A DNA stretch of 64,000 bases. Source: Clostridia bacterium (lineage in GTDB: Bacteria > Bacillota > Clostridia > Christensenellales > UBA1242). The number at the start of each line of letters is the position of its first letter. The stretch's first letter is position 1. The DNA is taken from positions 2,020-66,019 of the forward strand of contig JAFUJK010000013.1 of the NCBI GenBank assembly GCA_017468205.1. The letters are read 5' to 3'. This document shows, one piece after another, positions 18,899 through 27,879 of the stretch. The notes beneath the pieces are model-generated. The model ran no database searches. It was given only the letters and a program-made list of their open reading frames with translations, and was not told the origin of the DNA. Position numbers and translations under genes: made by a program.

Positions 18899-18970
18899 AC
18901 ATAAACACTTGAAATTTACGTTTATTTGTTATATAATCATAAGATACAAGTATTTTTAGGAGATGATTAT

Positions 18971-20725
18971 ATGCAAACAACTTATCGCTCTCAATATTGC
19001 AACGATGTTACTGCAAGTTTCGAGGGCAAAATCGTAAAGGTGTGTGGTTGGGTCAGCACCATTCGCGACCACGGCGGAATTACGTTTATTGACTTGCGCG
19101 ACCAGTCGGGTATCGTGCAAATTGTTGTTGAGGACGACTCAAAGTTAAAGGGCGTTACTCGCGAAAGTGTTATTTCAGTTGAAGGAAAGGTTGTTAGTCG
19201 TGGCGAGGGAAACATTAACCCTAAACTTGCTACTGGCGCAATCGAAATTGTTGCCGACAGCGTAACCCTCCTTGGTCCTGTTACACAGCCACTTCCTTTT
19301 GAAGTTGACGAAAGCAAGAAAATTCGTGAGGACGTGCGCACAAAATTCCGTTTCCTTGATTTGAGAAATCCCGATGTTTTCAATAATATTTTGTTCCGTA
19401 GCAAGGTAAACTCTTGGATGCGTGCAAAAATGGAATCTTTGGGTTTTGTTGAAATTGCAACTCCAATTTTGACTGCCGACAGTCCAGAGGGCGCTCGCGC
19501 TTTCTTGGTTCCTGCTCGTCAGCACCCAGGCAAATTCTACGCACTCCCACAAGCACCTCAAATGTTTAAGCAATTGTTAATGGTTGGTGGTTTTGACCGC
19601 TATTTCCAAATTGCGCCTTGTTTCCGTGACGAGGATGCTCGTGCAGACCGTGCAGCGGGTGAGTTCTATCAGTTGGATATGGAAATGAGTTTTGCGACCC
19701 AAGAAGATATGTTTGAATTGGGCGACAGTGTTTTCTACGAACTTTTCAAAACATTTGGTAAGAAAGAAGTTAGCCAAGCGCCATTTAGACGAATTCCATT
19801 TAAAGAAAGTATGGAACGCTTTGGTACAGATAAGCCAGACCTCCGCAACCCTCTTGAAGTTGTGAATGTAACTGATGTTTTTGCTAACACTGGTTTCAAC
19901 GCATTTAAAAATAGCACTGTAAAGGCTATTGCTGTTCACGATATTGCAGGCAAGCCTCGTAGTTTCTATGACGGACTTACAAACAAAATGATTGAAGCAG
20001 GTAGCAAAGGTCTTGCGTGGATTAAGGTTGAGGAAAACAACGAATTCAATAGCCCAATCGCAAAATTCTTGACTGATGAAGAAAAAGCACAATTAATCGA
20101 AAAAATGGGCGTGCGTGAAGGTTCAAGCATTTTCTTGCTTGCTGGCAAGCCTGCCTTGACTACAAAACTTTCAGGTATTTTACGCAACTTGCTTGGTGAT
20201 GAACTTGAACTTTGTGACCCTAACAAATTTGAATTTTGTTGGATTACAGACTTCCCAATGTTCGACCTTGACGATGAGGGCGAAATTCAATTCTGTCACA
20301 ACCCGTTCAACAAACCAAATATGAGTTGTGAAAACCTTACAAAGGAAAACGCACTTGAATTGACTGCGAACCAGTTTGACCTTGTATGTAACGGAATTGA
20401 GTTGTTAAGTGGTGCAGAACGTAACAACGACGCAAGCGTTATGCTTAAACTTATGCAAATTGTAGGGCTCAGCGAAGAAGATTGTCTTGACCGCTTTGGC
20501 GCTTTGTACAACGCATTCCAATATGGTGCGCCACCTCACGCAGGTATGGCTCTTGGTATTGATAGAAGCATTATGCTTATGCTCGATGAGCCAAACGTTC
20601 GCGAAGTTATCGCGTTCCCACTCAACAAGTCTGCTTACGACCCGCTTATGAATGCGCCTAGTGTTGTTAGCGACAAGCAATTACGCGAATTAAGCATTAA
20701 AGTTGATATTAAAGAAAATAAATAA
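18971..20725 (+). CDS. aspS: Aspartate--tRNA ligase
   Basis: Class II aaRS motifs GGFDRYFQIAPCFRDEDARADR and GAPPHAGMALGIDR, plus an N-terminal OB fold (GWVSTIRDHGGITFIDLRD). The ATG at 18971 has an AGGAG SD; the upstream TTG at 18926 was rejected. Confidence 0.95.
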   Translation: MQTTYRSQYCNDVTASFEGKIVKVCGWVSTIRDHGGITFIDLRDQSGIVQIVVEDDSKLKGVTRESVISVEGKVVSRGEGNINPKLATGAIEIVADSVTLLGPVTQPLPFEVDESKKIREDVRTKFRFLDLRNPDVFNNILFRSKVNSWMRAKMESLGFVEIATPILTADSPEGARAFLVPARQHPGKFYALPQAPQMFKQLLMVGGFDRYFQIAPCFRDEDARADRAAGEFYQLDMEMSFATQEDMFELGDSVFYELFKTFGKKEVSQAPFRRIPFKESMERFGTDKPDLRNPLEVVNVTDVFANTGFNAFKNSTVKAIAVHDIAGKPRSFYDGLTNKMIEAGSKGLAWIKVEENNEFNSPIAKFLTDEEKAQLIEKMGVREGSSIFLLAGKPALTTKLSGILRNLLGDELELCDPNKFEFCWITDFPMFDLDDEGEIQFCHNPFNKPNMSCENLTKENALELTANQFDLVCNGIELLSGAERNNDASVMLKLMQIVGLSEEDCLDRFGALYNAFQYGAPPHAGMALGIDRSIMLMLDEPNVREVIAFPLNKSAYDPLMNAPSVVSDKQLRELSIKVDIKENK

Positions 20726-20792
20726 AATTAAAAGCGATATTTGGTGATTTTGACAAAATTTTCAACAAATATCCTTTTTTAAAGGAGAATAT

Positions 20793-22379
20793 ATGATTAC
20801 CATAACCGATTTGGAACTATCTTTTGGTGGCGCTCCGCTTTTTAAAGATGTAAATTTAAAATTTACACCAGGAAACTGCTACGGTGTTATTGGTGCTAAC
20901 GGCGCAGGAAAATCAACATTTTTAAAACTCATCAGCGGTGAGTTGGAGGCTAGCAAGGGAAGCATTGACATTCCAGCAAAACTTCGTATGTCTGTGTTGC
21001 GTCAGGACCACTTTGCATTTGACGAGTACACAATTATGGATACAGTTATAATGGGAAACAAGCGCCTTTATGAAATTATGAAACAAAAAGACGCACTCTA
21101 TGCGAAAGAGGACTTTACGGAAGAAGATGGCATTTTAGCGGCTGAATTAGAGGGTGAATTTGCTGAAATGGACGGCTGGAATGCTGAACTTGATGTTGCC
21201 AAACTCCTTAATGGTTTGGGAATTGATGAAAGTCTTCACTACGCGCCTATGGCAGAGCAAAATGGTGCTGTTAAAGTCAAAGTTATGCTTGCGCAAGCAC
21301 TTTTTGGTACTCCTGACATCTTGTTGCTCGACGAACCTACAAACCATATGGACCCAAAAAGCATTGAATGGTTGCAAGAGTTTATTATCAACTATCCAGG
21401 AACTGTTATTGTTGTATCACACGACCGCCACTTTTTGAACACTGTTTGTACTTACACTGTTGACATCGACTTTGGAAAAATCGCAATGTGGCCAGGAAAC
21501 TATGATTTCTGGTACGAGGCAAGCCAGTTGATGCAACAACAAATTAAACAACAAAACAAGAAAAAAGAAGAGCGAATTGAGGAGTTAAAAGAGTTTATTC
21601 GCCGTTTTGGTGCGAAAAAATCACTCGCAAAGCAGGCAACAAGTAGAAAGAAAATGCTTGATAAAATCCAAATTGAAGAACTTCCTGTATCAAACAGAAA
21701 ATATCCTTACATCAATTTTAAATATGAACGTGAATTGGGAAAGGATATTTTAGAGGTTGACAAACTTTGTTATGAATACGAAGGAAAAGTCATTCTTGAT
21801 AATATTTCATTTAGAATAAATCGCGATGACAAGGTTATCGTGCTTGGTAACAATGAATTGGCAGTGAGCGCGCTTTTGGGTATTGTTAGTGGCGAAATCA
21901 AGGACTACCAAGGTAGGGTGTCTTGGGGTACTACCGTAAACAAAGGTGATTTACCAAAGGATACTGCTCCGTATTTTGACAACGATTTTAACATTGTGGA
22001 ATGGCTTGCGCAATTTAGTAAAGAAAAAGATAGTACATACTTGCGTGGATTCCTCGGGCGTATGCTGTTTAGTGGCGACGACGGGCTTAAAAAGGTGCGC
22101 GTACTGTCTGGTGGTGAAAAAGTGCGTTGTATGCTTTCTCGCCTTATGGTAATGGGTTCAAATGTTTTGATTCTCGACCAACCAACTAACCACCTCGACC
22201 TTGAAAGTATTACTGCATTAAACGAAGGTATGGTTGATTTCAAGGGTGCTATGCTGTTTAGTACTCACGACCACGAGCTTGCTCAAAGTGTGGCTACTCG
22301 CGTGTTCGAGATTAAGGACGGCAAACTTATTGACCGTATGTGTAGTTATGAGGAATACCTTGAAAAATATCAAAATTAA
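20793..22379 (+). CDS. ABC-F family ATPase (two ABC domains, no transmembrane domain)
   Basis: Two Walker A / signature / Walker B sets (GANGAGKST ... LLLDEPTNHMD; LSGGEKVR ... LILDQPTNHLD) are separated by a charged linker (QQQIKQQNKKKEERIEELKEFI). Confidence 0.9.
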   Translation: MITITDLELSFGGAPLFKDVNLKFTPGNCYGVIGANGAGKSTFLKLISGELEASKGSIDIPAKLRMSVLRQDHFAFDEYTIMDTVIMGNKRLYEIMKQKDALYAKEDFTEEDGILAAELEGEFAEMDGWNAELDVAKLLNGLGIDESLHYAPMAEQNGAVKVKVMLAQALFGTPDILLLDEPTNHMDPKSIEWLQEFIINYPGTVIVVSHDRHFLNTVCTYTVDIDFGKIAMWPGNYDFWYEASQLMQQQIKQQNKKKEERIEELKEFIRRFGAKKSLAKQATSRKKMLDKIQIEELPVSNRKYPYINFKYERELGKDILEVDKLCYEYEGKVILDNISFRINRDDKVIVLGNNELAVSALLGIVSGEIKDYQGRVSWGTTVNKGDLPKDTAPYFDNDFNIVEWLAQFSKEKDSTYLRGFLGRMLFSGDDGLKKVRVLSGGEKVRCMLSRLMVMGSNVLILDQPTNHLDLESITALNEGMVDFKGAMLFSTHDHELAQSVATRVFEIKDGKLIDRMCSYEEYLEKYQN

Positions 22380-22520
22380 GTCTTAAATAGAAATAATTTA
22401 ATTGTTATCATATAAATAAAATGTGTTAAATTTGAGATTTAACGCATTTTTACTATACTTTTTCGATAGTTTTTGATAAAATTATTAAATATGGCTATAC
22501 TAAAAATGGAGATTTAATTT

Positions 22521-23186
22521 ATGCAAAGAAGACTTATTGTATCAGTTTTAGGTAATGCGGCTTGTTGTCGCAATGATTGCTCTGTGGAGCAAAGAAAAAA
22601 ATGGGAGTTGTCGTTTGAATTGGGCAAATGCCTTGTTGACCACGGTTGTCGTGTTTTGACTGGTGGAGGCAAGGGGGTTATGCGCGCAACATTTGCAGGC
22701 GCTCACGCAAGTAAGAATTATAAAGAGGGCGATACAATTGCTATTTGTCCGTCTTATGACTTCGACACTGCAAACGATTATGCAGATATTGCTATACCAA
22801 CAGGTTTTGACCTTGCTCGTGATATTATTGTTGCAAATAGTGAAGTGGTTATCGCTATGGGTGGTGGCGCAGGTACTTTAAACGAAATTAGTGCTGCTTG
22901 GAAAATGGGACGTATGGTTATCGCTTATAAGAATGTAGATGGGTGGAGCAGTAAACTCGCTGATATGGTTATTGACGATGCTGAACGTATTCCTGGTATT
23001 GGCGACCGTGTGTGGGGAGTTGAAAGCGCTGAAGAAGCGTGGGCTTTAATTGAAAAATTATTGCCATATTACAACAAAGCCTTTGATCGTATTCCTTTCG
23101 GTGTTCCTGTATTAAAGGATAAGGCTCCAAGCAACTGGGTTGGTCCAGTGAGAATAAAAAGTTCAAAAGACGTTGAAGAATTATAA
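22521..23186 (+). CDS. TIGR00725/LOG-like (SLOG Rossmann-fold) family protein
   Basis: LTGGGKGVMRA ... IAMGGGAGTLNEIS, the motif pair typical of the LOG / TIGR00725 family. Confidence 0.65.
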   Translation: MQRRLIVSVLGNAACCRNDCSVEQRKKWELSFELGKCLVDHGCRVLTGGGKGVMRATFAGAHASKNYKEGDTIAICPSYDFDTANDYADIAIPTGFDLARDIIVANSEVVIAMGGGAGTLNEISAAWKMGRMVIAYKNVDGWSSKLADMVIDDAERIPGIGDRVWGVESAEEAWALIEKLLPYYNKAFDRIPFGVPVLKDKAPSNWVGPVRIKSSKDVEEL

Positions 23187-23189
23187 TAT

Positions 23190-23214
23190 AAAACGAGATT
23201 TTTATCTCGTTTTT
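23190..23214 (+). terminator. Rho-independent terminator
   Basis: AAAACGAGAT-tttt-ATCTCGTTTT is a perfect 10 bp stem followed by a T run. Confidence 0.75.
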
Positions 23215-23339
23215 ATATTTTTGTAAAAGTGAATCTGTAAAAAATAAAATTTATCCTATTTTTGTTAGTAAATTTAATTAATTTGTGTTATAATATTGTT
23301 ATAAAAAATGAAAAAAGTGGAGGAAGTTTATGCAAAATA

Positions 23340-24602
23340 ATGAAAATTCCACCCCAAAAATCCCGCAGGGGGGGGGGGGCGCTAAATAGCGAAAAAATTG
23401 TTGAAAAACGCGTTAAAATCGCGGTTTTTAGCGTTTTTTTAACCCTAGTAATTGCCTCAATTGTAATGATTATATGGTTCTTTTTCCCAAGTGTGAAAGG
23501 TGCGCCTGAACAGATAGCGGGTGTAACTTTGGGAGTGGAACCTGCGGAAGGAGGATACATTATAGTTGAAGGGGTTATTATGGAAGCTGGATATTATAGT
23601 ACTTCCACATTTAGATTTGGATTCGATATAATAAGTGCTATGCCTAATGATGGTTATGCTTTTGTGAAATGGATTTATACTGTAAGTGGACCAGCTGAAT
23701 ATGAATCAACATCTCAATCTATGACGATGGATGAATATACGTTTGAATATATTGCTTACTTTGAGCAAATAAGTTTTAATGTAGGGGTTGCTACGAGTGA
23801 TACTTCCATGGGGGCTGTATCTGGTGGTGGTGTATATTCCTATGACGCAACGGAAAGCGCGACAATTACAGCGACACCAAGCGCAGGCTATGCCTTTTCG
23901 CATTGGTTGAATAGCGCGGGGGATATTGTTTCTACAAGCGCAATTTATACATTCACTGTTACAGCAACTGATACATATACAGCAGTATTTAGAGAGTACG
24001 CGCTATCAATTACAACAAATAATAGTGGTAGTGAAATTTCAAGCCAAAAGATTGATGAATTAAACACAATGACTACATATGCTCTTACTTTTACTACTGG
24101 TAAATACTTGTCTCAAATTCAGTTTAATAATGGTTCATTGCGCGATATAAAATATAATAGTGGAACATTTGGTGATGTTGAAGGCTGTACGGCTGTAACA
24201 TATTACGCAAATTCAAGTGGCTCGGAGTTGATTTTAAATGTGTACAATTACAATGGTGCACTAGATTTAGAAATTAAATTGTATTTTGTTAATACTGCAC
24301 AATCTTTGAAACAACCTAGCGGAAGCATTGAAACTACGGCTGTAAATGCTACTAATGGCGGGGAAGTCCGTTTGACTGGCTCGGATTTAATTGGTGAAAG
24401 CGATACGGTTGTATGTATTGCGGTACCTTATGCTGGCTATGTGTTTGACGGCTGGACAGACAGCGATGGAAACAATCTTGGCACTGATTTAAGTTTGCGT
24501 TTGACGAAGGAGCAAGTTCAAGGAAAAATTATAACAGCAAACTTTTCATTAAGCGGTACTAACGTAAATACTAATGTTAGTGATTTTGATAGTTTATCAT
24601 AA
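23340..24602 (+). CDS. Surface protein paralog 1: signal-anchor plus divergent InlB B-repeat-like domains, with a G12 tract in the 5' coding region
   Basis: Coordinates give the uninterrupted frame as sequenced. The SD-proximal ATG is at 23330 and is out of frame at G12. The TM anchor is IAVFSVFLTLVIASIVMIIWFFF. Repeated G.VSGGG.Y....A.ITA.P..GY.F..W modules match the divergent InlB B-repeat as I recall it. Confidence 0.7.
   Translation: MKIPPQKSRRGGGALNSEKIVEKRVKIAVFSVFLTLVIASIVMIIWFFFPSVKGAPEQIAGVTLGVEPAEGGYIIVEGVIMEAGYYSTSTFRFGFDIISAMPNDGYAFVKWIYTVSGPAEYESTSQSMTMDEYTFEYIAYFEQISFNVGVATSDTSMGAVSGGGVYSYDATESATITATPSAGYAFSHWLNSAGDIVSTSAIYTFTVTATDTYTAVFREYALSITTNNSGSEISSQKIDELNTMTTYALTFTTGKYLSQIQFNNGSLRDIKYNSGTFGDVEGCTAVTYYANSSGSELILNVYNYNGALDLEIKLYFVNTAQSLKQPSGSIETTAVNATNGGEVRLTGSDLIGESDTVVCIAVPYAGYVFDGWTDSDGNNLGTDLSLRLTKEQVQGKIITANFSLSGTNVNTNVSDFDSLS
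23368..23379 (+). repeat. G12 homopolymer (candidate slipped-strand phase-variation tract)
   Basis: 12 consecutive G counted directly, inside the first 20 codons of the gene. Confidence 0.95.
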
Positions 24603-24662
24603 AAATGCAATATACCCGCAAATTTTATTCACTATACTACATAAAATGATATAGGTACCAAC

Positions 24663-24690
24663 AAAAAAGAGCATAATGCTCTTTTTTTTT
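24663..24690 (+). terminator. Rho-independent terminator
   Basis: AAGAGCA-taa-TGCTCTT followed by a T run. Confidence 0.7.
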
Positions 24691-24694
24691 GTTA

Positions 24695-24763
24695 GGCGAG
24701 ATTGCCACAATATATAAATTAGAAAGGAAGGGAATGTCTTGAGTGATATTGTGTCATTACGAG
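24695..24763. repeat. Rearranged copy of the GTCATTGCGAGG/GGCGAGATTGCCAC repeat family
   Basis: ggcgagattgccac at 24695..24708 is the inverted 3' end. gtgtcattacgag at 24751..24763 is the forward 5' end with one mismatch. Confidence 0.6.
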
Positions 24764-24775
24764 AAGCCAAGAGCC

Positions 24776-25240
24776 TTAAATGCTTCCTAAAATAAGAGGG
24801 ACGCCGATATGAATTTGGTCATTTTGTTTTGCAATTTGTACATTAATTTTACTATTATTATAAGTCGTGTAGTTTTTAAAAGCGGGAGAATATCCGTATA
24901 AAAATTCAATTTTTTCGAGATGTTCCTGATAGATAACATTCAATTTTAAAACATCTTTTAATTGCATAATACTTTGCATAGTACCCTCAAAAACGGCACT
25001 AAAACCTCTAATTTGTGATTTATTTAATGATTTTAATGCTTTTTTACCGCTTTTTATATCACAAGTTATTATATAACTATTACCATTTTTGATTGTGTTT
25101 GTGTTTTTTATTTTTGCATATTCATAAGTATATATGTATAAAGTGCCATTTTCTCGTGCTACTGTGTCCACAATGGTGTATTGTGGCGCGAAAAATATAA
25201 TAATTAATAGTATAAATAATATAGATATAGTTTTTTTCAT
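24776..25240 (-). CDS. Secreted small protein, possibly YwmB-like
   Basis: Start at MKKTISILFILLIIIFFAP, a signal-like N-terminus with an AGAGG SD. The C-terminus NVQIAKQNDQIHIGVPLILGSI resembles YwmB-family proteins from memory. Confidence 0.45.
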   Translation of the reverse strand: MKKTISILFILLIIIFFAPQYTIVDTVARENGTLYIYTYEYAKIKNTNTIKNGNSYIITCDIKSGKKALKSLNKSQIRGFSAVFEGTMQSIMQLKDVLKLNVIYQEHLEKIEFLYGYSPAFKNYTTYNNSKINVQIAKQNDQIHIGVPLILGSI

Positions 25241-25360
25241 AATTGCCTCTGAAATGAAGTCTTGACTATTATTAAAAATATAAAACATAAAAAAATATTT
25301 TATTATATGTTTAATTTTTTGATTTGATGTCAACAATCATTTGCAGAGGAGGAATGAACA

Positions 25361-25948
25361 ATGCAAGCAAACAAAAAAACATTGATTCAAAAATTTTTCA
25401 AGAAATATGGTTATTATGTAGGATTGGCTATTAGCCTAGCAGTTCTGATTACAATTGTAACAATTGCGGTTACTATGAAGCCTGTTAGTGAGGTTGAAGA
25501 AAACTTTACACCAGTTGATACTCCAACAATAAGTTTTACAAGTCCTGTTACTGACTTGACTTTAATGAAAAATTATAGCAACAGCGCGCTTCAATATAAC
25601 AGCACTCTTAATCTTTGGCAAGCTCACAAGGCAGTAGACTTTGCTGCTGATGAGGGTACAGAAGTTTACGCTGTTATGGACGGCAAAATTACAGAAGTTA
25701 CTTACAACTATCTTATGGGCAACATTGTAAAACTTGATGTTGGTGGTGGAATTGTTGTTGTGTATGCATCTCTTGCTAGTGAAATCCCTGTAAAAGTTGG
25801 CGACGAAGTGGTAAAGGGTAGCGTTATTGGAAAAGTAAGTAACACTGCAAAATCAGAGGCTAGCGACGGTCCTCACTTGCATCTTGAAGTTTTGTTGAAT
25901 GGCGATTCTGTCGACCCTGCATTATATCTTGATATTTCTGAAAAATAA
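25361..25948 (+). CDS. M23/LytM-family metallopeptidase with N-terminal membrane anchor
   Basis: HxxxD (AHKAVDF) and HxH (GPHLHLEV) motifs. TM segment YYVGLAISLAVLITIVTIAV. Confidence 0.85.
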   Translation: MQANKKTLIQKFFKKYGYYVGLAISLAVLITIVTIAVTMKPVSEVEENFTPVDTPTISFTSPVTDLTLMKNYSNSALQYNSTLNLWQAHKAVDFAADEGTEVYAVMDGKITEVTYNYLMGNIVKLDVGGGIVVVYASLASEIPVKVGDEVVKGSVIGKVSNTAKSEASDGPHLHLEVLLNGDSVDPALYLDISEK

Positions 25949-26092
25949 AACAAGACCGCTTAAAAATAGCGGTTTTCTTGCTTGTTTAAATTCCTTATAA
26001 AATGGTTTAAAATACGTAAATTTGTTCTTTTTGCTTTACATTATGCCCTAAATATGATATAGTGATTATATATGCTAAAAGGAGATTATTTA

Positions 26093-26332
26093 ATGATTTA
26101 CGAAGAAATCACAGAATTGTTGGCTGAACAATTAAACATCGATAAGGAAATCATTACTCGCGATTCTCGCATTATCGAAGATTTGCACACTGATTCGCTT
26201 GATATGGTAGAAATGCTTATCGCTCTTGAAGACAAGTACGACATTACTGTGCCAGATGAGGATGCTAAAAACCTTGAAACAATTGGTAAACTTGTAGACT
26301 ATGTTGAAAATAAAGTAGCTAATAAAGAATAA
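26093..26332 (+). CDS. acpP: Acyl carrier protein
   Basis: About 80 aa and acidic, with the DSLD phosphopantetheine attachment motif (LHTDSLDMVEMLIALE). AGGAG SD before the ATG at 26093. Confidence 0.8.
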   Translation: MIYEEITELLAEQLNIDKEIITRDSRIIEDLHTDSLDMVEMLIALEDKYDITVPDEDAKNLETIGKLVDYVENKVANKE

Positions 26333-26367
26333 TAAGAAAGGGATATGCTGTGCATATCCTTTTTACT

Positions 26368-26805
26368 TTAAATGTCTTTCTGCAGAAACATTTTTAGGTA
26401 ATTAAAATGACTTTCTTCCATTTGAAGCAGTTTGCTACAAAGTTCAAGTAGTTCCTTGTTGGCTTCGCGATAATCGCTTAGGTCTTTGTAGCACTGCAAC
26501 GTACCCATAACTGTTCCTAACAACATCATCTCGGCAAGGTGGCGGGTAGATTTGTCGGTAAGGGTGGTCATCTTAATCGACGTCCACAAGCGCGCCTTTT
26601 CAAAGAAGTTGTTGTCAGGTAGAGGATTGTCATCTGATGCTAAATTTTTGCAATGTTCGGCAAATTCTTGATAGTGTTCAAGTTCTTCACGAAGTTCCGC
26701 ACGCAGTTCCTCATTTTCAACGGCACTTTCAATGTCGCGAATGCTTTGAATAGCCGTTTGACAGTTTTGGTACAAACTTGTCAGTAATTCGTAGTCTTTT
26801 TGCAT
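26368..26805 (-). CDS. Hypothetical all-helical protein (four-helix-bundle-like)
   Basis: 145 aa with heptad-like, E/L/Q-rich sequence. No family recognised. Confidence 0.5.
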   Translation of the reverse strand: MQKDYELLTSLYQNCQTAIQSIRDIESAVENEELRAELREELEHYQEFAEHCKNLASDDNPLPDNNFFEKARLWTSIKMTTLTDKSTRHLAEMMLLGTVMGTLQCYKDLSDYREANKELLELCSKLLQMEESHFNYLKMFLQKDI

Positions 26806-26945
26806 TTTATATACCTCCGCAAGTATATTTTGCTAAAATTTATTTTTTATGTATAATGGTAGAAATTTCCAATACTTTAAAATCGCTTTACATTTTGATT
26901 AATTTTCGTGTATAATTTAAAAATATCTCAAAATAGGAGTCAAAT

Positions 26946-27875
26946 ATGAACGAGTTTGATGTGATTATAATTGGTGGTGGTCCTGCTGGAATGACTGCGG
27001 GCATATATGCCTCTCGCGCTGGGGCCAAGGTGCTAATGCTTGAAAAGGCGGGTGTTGGTGGACAGGTTGCTTTAACAAGTAGTATTGCAAATTATCCTGG
27101 ATTTAAACATATTGATGGATTTGAACTTAGCCAATCTATGTGGGAACAGGCGACAGAGTTGGGCGTAACGACTGTCTTTTCACAAGTGGATAAATTGGAA
27201 CTTGACGGCGAAACCAAAAAAGTTGTTGCTGGTGGTGTAACATATAGCGCGCCTGCTGTCATATTAAGTATGGGGGCGTGTTCGCGTGGGCTCGGTGTTA
27301 CGGGCGAAAAAGAATTCATCGGAAGAGGCGTAAGTTACTGCGCGGTTTGTGATGGGGCATTCTATCGTGGAAAAACTGTCGCAGTTGTAGGCGGTGGAAA
27401 TACTGCGCTCGGCGATGTCTTATATCTTGCTCCTTTGGTGAATAAAGTTATTTTAGTTCATCGTAGGGAGGGGTTTAGAGCCGAGCAATCAGTGATTGAT
27501 GGCGTTGAGAAAATGAAAGAGTCGCAAGGTAACATTGAGTATAAATTGGACAGTGTTGTAGATGGTATTGAAGGTAATGGCAAAGTTGAAAAGTTGAATA
27601 TACACAATGTAAACACAAACGAAACTGAAACGCTTGATGTTGACGGTGTTTTTATTGCTGTTGGGCGTAGTCCTAACACAGAATTGCTTGATGGAATTGT
27701 TGAGTTGGACGGCGGAAATATCGTGGCAAATGACCGTATGGAAACAAACGTTGCGGGCGTTTTTGCTGCTGGTGATGTTGTGAAAAAATCGCTCCGCCAA
27801 ATCGCTACTGCCATTTCAGATGGTGCTATCGCTGGCACGAACGCAGCCCTATATGCTAAAAAATTAAAAGGATAG
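26946..27875 (+). CDS. trxB: Thioredoxin-disulfide reductase
   Basis: FAD motif IIIGGGPAGMTAG, redox-active CAVCDG, NADPH motif VVGGGNTA, and the C-terminal GVFAAGDV. Confidence 0.92.
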   Translation: MNEFDVIIIGGGPAGMTAGIYASRAGAKVLMLEKAGVGGQVALTSSIANYPGFKHIDGFELSQSMWEQATELGVTTVFSQVDKLELDGETKKVVAGGVTYSAPAVILSMGACSRGLGVTGEKEFIGRGVSYCAVCDGAFYRGKTVAVVGGGNTALGDVLYLAPLVNKVILVHRREGFRAEQSVIDGVEKMKESQGNIEYKLDSVVDGIEGNGKVEKLNIHNVNTNETETLDVDGVFIAVGRSPNTELLDGIVELDGGNIVANDRMETNVAGVFAAGDVVKKSLRQIATAISDGAIAGTNAALYAKKLKG

Positions 27876-27879
27876 GCTT

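Noticed and set aside
18926-18970. Upstream TTG start for aspS given by the ORF track
   Set aside because: That start would overlap the TTGAAA/TATAAT promoter. ATG 18971 has an AGGAG SD and gives the canonical AspS N-terminus. The short leader also has no room for a T-box.
18991-20680. Several 60-170 aa antisense ORFs within aspS (for example 19577..20092)
   Set aside because: They are nested in a confidently identified conserved gene, so they are shadow frames.
23262-23339. TTG start at 23262 for surface paralog 1
   Set aside because: It coincides with the conserved upstream motif and promoter and precedes the SD. The realistic starts are ATG 23330 and ATG 23340.
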